DNA of 64,000 bases from Bosea sp. (in: a-proteobacteria). GTDB taxonomy: Bacteria > Pseudomonadota > Alphaproteobacteria > Rhizobiales > Beijerinckiaceae. A program made the translations under genes and the position numbers. Of the stretch, positions 58,031 through 64,000 are shown piece after piece; within the stretch, counting starts at the first letter, position 1, and each line of letters starts with the position of its first letter. Location: contig NZ_JAFKFX010000038.1 of NCBI RefSeq assembly GCF_017308075.1, forward strand, positions 51,983-115,982, read 5' to 3'. The notes beneath the pieces were generated by a model. That model was given only the letters and a program-made list of their open reading frames with translations. It did no database searches and was not told the origin of the DNA.

Positions 58031-58336
58031 TCAGTAATAGGTGCGGCAGACGCGGCGGGTACCGATGACGTCACCGTAATAGTTGACCCGATCGACCAGA
58101 TGGCAGCGGCGGACGGGGCCGTAGGCATAGGCCGGCTCATAACCGTAACCGTAGCCATAGGCGGGGCTGGCGGCCGCGGCGGCGAGGGCGCCGACGGCCA
58201 GCGCACCGACGATGCCGGCACCGATGGCGGCGCCGCGATAGCGCGGACGGGCTTCGGCATCGGAGGTGGCGAAAACGGAAGCGCCCAGCGCCAGGGCGGC
58301 GACGGCGGCGGCGAAGCTCTTCTTGGTGCGGGTCAT
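58031..58336 (-). CDS. small exported protein with glycine-zipper and GYGYGY repeat, hypothetical
   Basis: MTRTKKSFAAAVAALALGASVFA is a signal peptide. It is followed by GAAIGAGIVGALAVGALAA (glycine zipper), AYGYGYGYEPAYAYGP and a C-terminal C..C pair. The 275-aa track ORF was trimmed. Confidence 0.6.
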   Translation of the reverse strand: MTRTKKSFAAAVAALALGASVFATSDAEARPRYRGAAIGAGIVGALAVGALAAAAASPAYGYGYGYEPAYAYGPVRRCHLVDRVNYYGDVIGTRRVCRTYY

Positions 58337-58549
58337 GTTCGTTCTCCGATTGAGTAGCCGGGTGGCGAACCATTCGCCATGATCAGGCCTTGTTCGTCCC
58401 AGAACCTGAATCGCCGGACGCCCGAAAAAAGAATCGGAGACCGCCCTTTCCGAGTTCGCGACGACAGCCGGCGGCCCGCTCTCACGAGACTTGCTTTCCG
58501 CCTTCTCCGGCGTTTGATGCAGGCAGCATCGCCGAAGAAGGGCCTGCCG

Positions 58550-59068
58550 ATGAGGGCGATCGCATTCGGGCTCTGCCTGGCTCTCTTCGGCACCGCCGCG
58601 GCCGCCGAGCGCTGGACCAGCAGCTACACCAGCCATGATTACGGTAAATGCCGGAAGGCCAGACCCGACGATCAGGGCGTCTCGGTGCATCGCTGCGCCG
58701 GCAAGGCCGGCATTCCGGTGATCTGGACCGCCGGCGACGATTCCTCCTCGGTCGATTTCAGCACGCGGCCGATCGCCGAGACCGTCTCGGACAAGGCGGG
58801 CTTCTTCGAAGCCGGCCGGACCATTGAATGGCGCGGGCCCAGGGGCAGCCGGCCACAAGCCGCGATTCTGCGCTACGCCACCGGCCGGAATGTCGGCAGG
58901 CTCGATGGTAGCCGCCTCGTCGTCTACCGGCTCAGCCCGGACGGCGTCTCATGCGTCATCGGCAGTGTCGATGGCCGCAGCAGCGACGCCAATGAGCAAG
59001 CGCGCCGCCTCGCCGACGAGAAGGCTACAGGCTTCCGCTGCGGCCAGGACAGCCGCAGCGAGCGCTGA
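58550..59068 (+). CDS. exported hypothetical protein
   Basis: MRAIAFGLCLALFGTAAAAE is a signal peptide. The protein has four Cys residues and no family I can name. It is divergent from the previous small gene. Confidence 0.55.
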   Translation: MRAIAFGLCLALFGTAAAAERWTSSYTSHDYGKCRKARPDDQGVSVHRCAGKAGIPVIWTAGDDSSSVDFSTRPIAETVSDKAGFFEAGRTIEWRGPRGSRPQAAILRYATGRNVGRLDGSRLVVYRLSPDGVSCVIGSVDGRSSDANEQARRLADEKATGFRCGQDSRSER

Positions 59069-59071
59069 CCC

Positions 59072-60403
59072 TCAGCCATAGAGATATTTTGGCAGCCAGA
59101 GCGCAATGCCCGGGAAGACATAAACCAGCAGCATCGCCACCAGCACCAGGGCCAGATAGGGCATCACGCCCGAGAAGATCTGGTTGATCGTGACATGCGG
59201 TGGCGCGATGCCCTTGAGATAGAAGGGCGCCATCGCCACCGGCGGCGACAGGAACGAGGTCTGGATGTTCAAGGCGATCAGGATGCCGAAGAACAGCGGA
59301 TCGATCTTGAAGAACTCCAGCAGCGGCAGGAAGATCGGCACGAAGATCACGATGATCTCGGTCCATTCAAGCGGCCAGCCGAGAATGAAGATGATGATCT
59401 GCGCGACGATCAGGAACATGGTCGGCGACAGGTTGAGCGCCGTGACCAGGTTCTTGATCGGCTCGTGACCGCCGAGAATGGCGAAGATCGACGAGAAGAT
59501 GAAGGAGCCGACGAAGAGCCAGCAGACCATCGCCGAGGTCCGCGCCGTCAGGATCACCGAATCCTTGACCTTGCCGAAGCTCAGCGAGCGATAGGCGGCG
59601 GCGAGGATCAGGCTGCCGAGCGAGCCCACCGCCGCGGCCTCGGTCGGCGTCGCGATGCCGAAGAAGATCGCGCCGAGCACCGACATGATTAGCAATGTCA
59701 GCGGGAAAAAGCTCGTCGCCAGCGCCCAGGCCACGGTGGTCCAGGGCACGTCGGTCTGCTCCTTCGGCAGCTTCGGCGCCAGTGCCGGGTTGAGCCAGCA
59801 GCGGATCAGCACATAGAGCATGTACATGCCAGCCAGCAGCAGGCCGGGGAACAGAGCGCCGGCATAGAGCTTGGGCACCGAGACGCCGGCCGTCGCGCCA
59901 TAGAGGATCAGCATCACAGAAGGCGGGATCAGGATGCCGAGGCAGCCGCCGGCACAGACCACGCCGGCCGAGAGCTTGACGTCGTAGCCGGCCCGCAACA
60001 TCGCCGGGAAGGCCAGCAGGCCCATCAGCGTCACCACCGCGCCAACGATACCGGTCGCGGTCGCGAAGATCGCGCAGGTGGCGAGCGTCGCGATGGCGAG
60101 CGAGCCCGGAACATTGCCGAGGGCGAGCTGGATCGAGTGGAACAGCTTGTCGAGGATGTTCGCCCGCTCGATGATGTAGCCCATGAAGATGAAGAGCGGG
60201 ATCGAGACCAGGACGTCGTTGGCCATCACCGAATAGGTGCGCTGGACGACGAGGTTGAAGACCGTGTCGCCCATCGCCCAGTAGCCGAATCCGACACCCA
60301 GCGCCATCAGGGTGAAGGCGATCGGGAAACCGAGCATGATGAAGACGATGAACAGGACGAGCATCAGCACGCCCAGTTCGGGATTACCCATGCCAAGCAG
60401 CAT
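59072..60403 (-). CDS. TRAP transporter large permease (DctM family)
   Basis: It is a 443-aa polytopic protein with typical DctM sequence (…GFPIAFTLMALG…, …PPSVMLILYG…). Its ATG shares one nt with the DctQ stop (TGATG). Confidence 0.92.
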   Translation of the reverse strand: MLLGMGNPELGVLMLVLFIVFIMLGFPIAFTLMALGVGFGYWAMGDTVFNLVVQRTYSVMANDVLVSIPLFIFMGYIIERANILDKLFHSIQLALGNVPGSLAIATLATCAIFATATGIVGAVVTLMGLLAFPAMLRAGYDVKLSAGVVCAGGCLGILIPPSVMLILYGATAGVSVPKLYAGALFPGLLLAGMYMLYVLIRCWLNPALAPKLPKEQTDVPWTTVAWALATSFFPLTLLIMSVLGAIFFGIATPTEAAAVGSLGSLILAAAYRSLSFGKVKDSVILTARTSAMVCWLFVGSFIFSSIFAILGGHEPIKNLVTALNLSPTMFLIVAQIIIFILGWPLEWTEIIVIFVPIFLPLLEFFKIDPLFFGILIALNIQTSFLSPPVAMAPFYLKGIAPPHVTINQIFSGVMPYLALVLVAMLLVYVFPGIALWLPKYLYG

Positions 60404-61032
60404 CAGATCGCTTTCCCGGCGTCGGGCGCGCCTTGCGCAGCCGCGGCCTGTTCCAGAATGAGCTTTTCGGTTTCCTCGACATCATGCAGCCGCGGCGGCC
60501 ACTCGCCGGTGCGCAGGCAGATGACGCAGCGCGCGACCTCGGCCAGTCCCTGCACCGTCATCAGCACGCCGGCGATCGGGATCAGCGACTTGAAATGGTA
60601 GAGAGGTGGGCCGTTCGGCGAGTTCGAGGAATGCTCGCCGATCATCCAGGAGAAGGCCGCGAACTTGTAGCCGGCCCAGGCGAGCGCGATGATGCCGGGG
60701 AAGAAGAACAGCAGATAAAGCGCGAGATCGAGCCGCGCCTGGGTTCGCGGCGCCCATTGCCGGTAGAGGAAGTCGCCGCGAACATGGGCGTTGCGGGCGA
60801 GCGCATAGGGCCCGGCCAGCATGAACAGGGTCCCGTAGAGGATGTAGCTGACGTCGAAGGCCCACTCGGTCGGCGCGCGCAGGACGTAGCGCGCGAAGAC
60901 CTCGTAGCTGATCGCCAATGTCAGGATAAGAATGGTCCAGCCGGCGAGCTTGCCGATGGCGGTGTTCACTTTGTCGATCGCCAGGATCAGTCCCATGCGT
61001 ATCCGCTGCCTGCTGCTTGCAAAACCGGGCAC
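60403..61032 (-). CDS. TRAP transporter small permease (DctQ family)
   Basis: It is a four-TM protein with …W..E.S.YL… (…PTEWAFDVSYILYG…). The start may instead be the ATG at 60996 (MGLILAIDK). Confidence 0.85.
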   Translation of the reverse strand: MPGFASSRQRIRMGLILAIDKVNTAIGKLAGWTILILTLAISYEVFARYVLRAPTEWAFDVSYILYGTLFMLAGPYALARNAHVRGDFLYRQWAPRTQARLDLALYLLFFFPGIIALAWAGYKFAAFSWMIGEHSSNSPNGPPLYHFKSLIPIAGVLMTVQGLAEVARCVICLRTGEWPPRLHDVEETEKLILEQAAAAQGAPDAGKAI

Positions 61033-61086
61033 AGGACACCCGCCACCGCGAAGGGCGGCGGGTGTCTTCTCATCGTGCGAGCGAGA

Positions 61087-62202
61087 TCAGCTCTTGAAGA
61101 AGTGGTTGAAGGCGAGGTCGCGCGACGGCTCGTTGAGCCGCTGGAAGGAAACGGTGCGCTTGACCCAGTCCTTCTGGGAATCCACCACCTTCTTGAAGAA
61201 GGCGTTCTCGCCGCCAAGCTTCTCCAGCACCTTGTCCCAGGCCGCGAGCTGCGCCTTCAGGATCGCCTCCGGCGTCGAGACCACGTTGACGCCCTTGGCG
61301 CGCAAGGCCTCGATGTCCTTGGAGTAGCGGTCGAGCGCCTTCCAGTTCATGTCGGAGGACGCGGATTCGGCCGCGAACTTCACCATCGCCTTGAGCTCCG
61401 GCGCCAGGGCATCGAACTTGGTCTTGTTGAAGAGCAGTTCGAAGCTCTCCGCCGCCTGATGGTAGCTCTGCAGCATGTAGACCTTGGCGACGTCCTGGAA
61501 GCCGAGGATCGAGTCGGAGGACGGGTTGTTGAACTCCGCCCCGTCGATCACGCCACGCTCCAGCGCCGGTACGATCTCGCCGCCGGCGAGGATGGTGACC
61601 GCGGCCCCCATTTCGCGCTTCAGATCGGCCGCGAGCCCGACGGTGCGGTATTTGAGGCCCTTGAAGTCGTCGGCGGTCTTCAGCTCCTTCTTGAACCAGC
61701 CGAGCGGCTGGCACGGCATCGGCCCCGAGAAGAAACCGACCAGATTGAGCTTGAGCTGGTTCTGAACGAGGTCGTTGTAGAGATCGTAGCCGCCGCCATA
61801 ATTCATCCAGCCGAGGAAGTTGGTGGCGTCCCAGCCCAGCGCCGGCGGCGTGCCGAACAGCGAAAAGGCCTTGTTCTTGCCGTACCAATAGGCCGAGACG
61901 CCGTGGCCGCCATCGAGGATGCCGGCGGCGACAGCGTCCTGCATCTGGAAGGCCGGCACGACCGCACCGGCGGCGAGCACGTCGAGCTTCAGCCGGCCGC
62001 CGGACATGTCGTTGACGCGCTTGGCGAAGTCGCCGGCGAATTCGTGGAAGATGTCCTTGGTCGGCCAGGTCGACTGGAATTTCCAGGTGACCGTCTGCGC
62101 CCGGCTGACCTGGGGCATGGCGACCGCGCCTGCCCCGGCAAGCCCGGCGACCTTGAGGAAGTTGCGCCGGCTGGCGCGCGTCTTCGTCGGTTCGGAAGTC
62201 AT
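61087..62202 (-). CDS. TRAP transporter substrate-binding protein (DctP family, Tat signal)
   Basis: The Tat signal is SRRNFLKVAGLAGAGAVAMPQVSRAQ. The DctP-type body is about 340 aa. Confidence 0.9.
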   Translation of the reverse strand: MTSEPTKTRASRRNFLKVAGLAGAGAVAMPQVSRAQTVTWKFQSTWPTKDIFHEFAGDFAKRVNDMSGGRLKLDVLAAGAVVPAFQMQDAVAAGILDGGHGVSAYWYGKNKAFSLFGTPPALGWDATNFLGWMNYGGGYDLYNDLVQNQLKLNLVGFFSGPMPCQPLGWFKKELKTADDFKGLKYRTVGLAADLKREMGAAVTILAGGEIVPALERGVIDGAEFNNPSSDSILGFQDVAKVYMLQSYHQAAESFELLFNKTKFDALAPELKAMVKFAAESASSDMNWKALDRYSKDIEALRAKGVNVVSTPEAILKAQLAAWDKVLEKLGGENAFFKKVVDSQKDWVKRTVSFQRLNEPSRDLAFNHFFKS

Positions 62203-62437
62203 GGTTCTCTCCCCAGAAGCTGCGCCGTTCGACCGGCGTGCATTTGATTGCGGCTCTGATGGCCTGAGACCAGAGTTTCGTGGTCTAGAGCGTAAGGCAA
62301 GGGGAAATTAGTCGAAGGACTAAAGCCGCCGGGGAATGAGTGCTGTTCCCAGGCGGAAACAAAACACCTCGGGCGCATATTTTACTGCAGGGCGCACTCA
62401 AGATGACGCAAAGAAAGCATTCAGGTCGTCGTCATGT

Positions 62438-62470
62438 AAAAAACCCGCCGGGCATGGCCGGGCGGGTTTT
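62438..62470 (-). terminator. terminator downstream of the DUF6481-like gene (bidirectional appearance)
   Basis: AAAAAA-CCCGCC..GGCGGG-TTTT: on the minus strand the stem is followed by TTTTTTACA. Confidence 0.7.
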
Positions 62471-62520
62471 CGTCAAGAAACTCTGGAGTTCTCGCCGCCT
62501 CTGCGGCGACAGTGCAAGAC

Positions 62521-62898
62521 TCAGCGACGGCCTTTGCCGGCGACGCGCATTTCCATGTACTGGACGGCCTCAAGCAGGACGCGGCGCGGACGCTCCGCAT
62601 CGCGCTTGGCCTGCTCGGCCTTGCGGATCGCCTCGCGCTCGGCCTCGGCGATGCGCTCGGCCTCCTCGCGGGCAGCCCGCTCGATCGCCGCCAGGCGCTC
62701 CAGCTCCAGGCGCTCAGCCTCCTTCTTGGCCTCGCGCTCGGCCCGCGCCACCGCGATCGCCTCGCGCTCGGCCCGACGCTGCACCATCACGGGATCGTCC
62801 GGGCCGGGTCGCGCCTTGAAGCGCTCCAGCAGGGCCTTCTTCGCATTCGCGGAATTGGCCTGGCGATCAGTGAAATGGCGGTCGTTCGGATTCTTCAA
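62521..62898 (-). CDS. charged coiled-coil small protein (DUF6481-like), hypothetical
   Basis: The N-terminus [29 protein letters not shown] is followed by an AEREA/ERLE-rich helical region. Similar proteins are common in Rhizobiales (recalled, not searched). Confidence 0.6.
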   Translation of the reverse strand: MKNPNDRHFTDRQANSANAKKALLERFKARPGPDDPVMVQRRAEREAIAVARAEREAKKEAERLELERLAAIERAAREEAERIAEAEREAIRKAEQAKRDAERPRRVLLEAVQYMEMRVAGKGRR

Positions 62899-62983
62899 GG
62901 TTTCGCTTCTCTTTGCTTACACGGGGCGAGGCTGCCGTAGGCGGGAGCCGCTTACGGCAAATCGCGGGAGATTTGTACTGAGA

Positions 62984-63247
62984 TCAACGCGGGGCGGCTG
63001 CGACGCCAGGGCGGGGCCGCGGCACCTTCGGCTTCGGCGCGGCGATCAGGCCTTCGCGCTGAGCCTGCTTGCGGGCGAGCTTGCGAGCGCGACGAACGGC
63101 GTCGGCCTTCTCGCGGACGCGCTGCTCCGACGGCTTCTCATAGGCGGCCCGGCGCTTCATCTCGCGAAACACGCCCTCGCGCTGCATCTTCTTCTTCAGA
63201 ACTCGGAGGGCCTGGTCGACATTGTTGTCGCGCACGAGAACCTGCAT
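62984..63247 (-). CDS. rpsU: 30S ribosomal protein S21
   Basis: [31 protein letters not shown] is the canonical S21 sequence, with an alpha-type basic C-terminal extension. Confidence 0.95.
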   Translation of the reverse strand: MQVLVRDNNVDQALRVLKKKMQREGVFREMKRRAAYEKPSEQRVREKADAVRRARKLARKQAQREGLIAAPKPKVPRPRPGVAAAPR

Positions 63248-63766
63248 GCATTGCTCCTGACAAGAGACTGGATTGGAGGGGCCAAGCAGTCGGCAGGCCC
63301 GCGATCTGCGCGGTGCGGTAGCAGACTAAGACCGCAAACGCCAGTCCATCCTTCACTGGAAGTGGCAATTAGCCGCCTTTTTTGCAAGCTTCGCCCCGGA
63401 AGGAGCTCAGCGGAGGCGCCACGACCCGCCGAATCGGCGTCGCCGGAACCGGGTAACGCAGCGTCCGCGACACACGGACGCCTCGAGGGCGAAGCCCTTG
63501 TTCGCGCTGGATTACTCCGCCCGGACCCGGCTGCCCGGCCAGCCCGCCCCGCCCTCCGGCGGACCCGGTTGCGGCATGGTGACCGGGTCCGCTTGCGCGA
63601 TGTCGGAGCAGTACCCGCCATGCGCTCGGCGCGGCGCAGCCTCCCGCAAACACCGGTCGCTAGCGCCGCCGCAGACGTCGTAGCGCTTTACAACCGCCGC
63701 GATTTCGCCAAGACGGAACCCGTTGGTACTCGTCTCTCCCCGTCCCGCCCGCCCCGGTCCACCCGC

Positions 63767-64000
63767 GTGAGCACTCCCGCCCTCCACCAGTTCCGCCGCA
63801 TCGTCGTCAAGGTCGGCTCCTCACTGCTCGTCGATCGCGCCGGTGGCCGGCTGCGCCATGCCTGGCTCGCGGCACTCGCCGAGGACCTCGCCGAGCTGCA
63901 TGCGAGCGGCACCGATGTCCTGGTCGTCTCCTCGGGCGCGATCGCACTCGGCCGGACCGTACTCAAGCTGCCGGCTGGCGCGCTCAAGCTCGAGGAGAGC
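63767..64000 (+). CDS. proB: glutamate 5-kinase, 3' end cut by window edge
   Basis: The frame is open to the window end: (V)[22 protein letters not shown]....L.A.L..DLAEL...[15 protein letters not shown] is the canonical ProB N-terminus. The GTG at 63767 was chosen as the start and is uncertain. Confidence 0.85.
   Translation, partial: MSTPALHQFRRIVVKVGSSLLVDRAGGRLRHAWLAALAEDLAELHASGTDVLVVSSGAIALGRTVLKLPAGALKLEES

Overview
This window is a 64 kb stretch of very GC-rich chromosome in which coding third positions are almost all G/C. Its gene content and synteny are typical of an alphaproteobacterium of the Rhizobiales/Hyphomicrobiales type. Examples are cpdR next to an N-formylglutamate amidohydrolase, argJ-PPIase-secA, the gloB/methyltransferase divergon, mtgA-rpmF and phaR/phaA-phaB. 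The content is almost entirely core housekeeping. It includes glutamate synthase (gltBD), secA, argJ, accA, ispG, ispA, kup, hisN, mutT, rpmF, rpsU, the start of proB and one tRNA-Val(GAC). It also holds PHB-cycle genes (phaR, phaA, phaB, and bdhA with a patatin-like lipase), three transport systems (a PotA-like ABC, a FecB/C/E-like ABC and a DctPQM TRAP), an Hsp20 gene and several small exported proteins. I found no integrase, transposase, CRISPR array, toxin-antitoxin pair or recognisable defence genes, and I do not see a convincing novel multi-gene system. Six things are worth a second look. (1) An orphan promoter-to-terminator unit encodes a roughly 90-nt candidate sRNA with CCUCC anti-SD motifs. 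(2) A 117-bp repeat-like element sits in frame inside a DUF1737 gene located between phaA and phaB. (3) An EamA transporter gene is interrupted by a single in-frame TAG where Trp is expected. (4) The hsp20 gene has a sigma32-type promoter followed by a ROSE-like leader. (5) Two families of intergenic palindromic repeats are present. (6) Several intergenic spacers are long and structured. Many long ORFs in the six-frame track are antisense or upstream shadow ORFs typical of high-GC DNA, and I rejected them. Start codons were chosen by eye from signal peptides, SD-like motifs and family-typical N-termini, so they are approximate.
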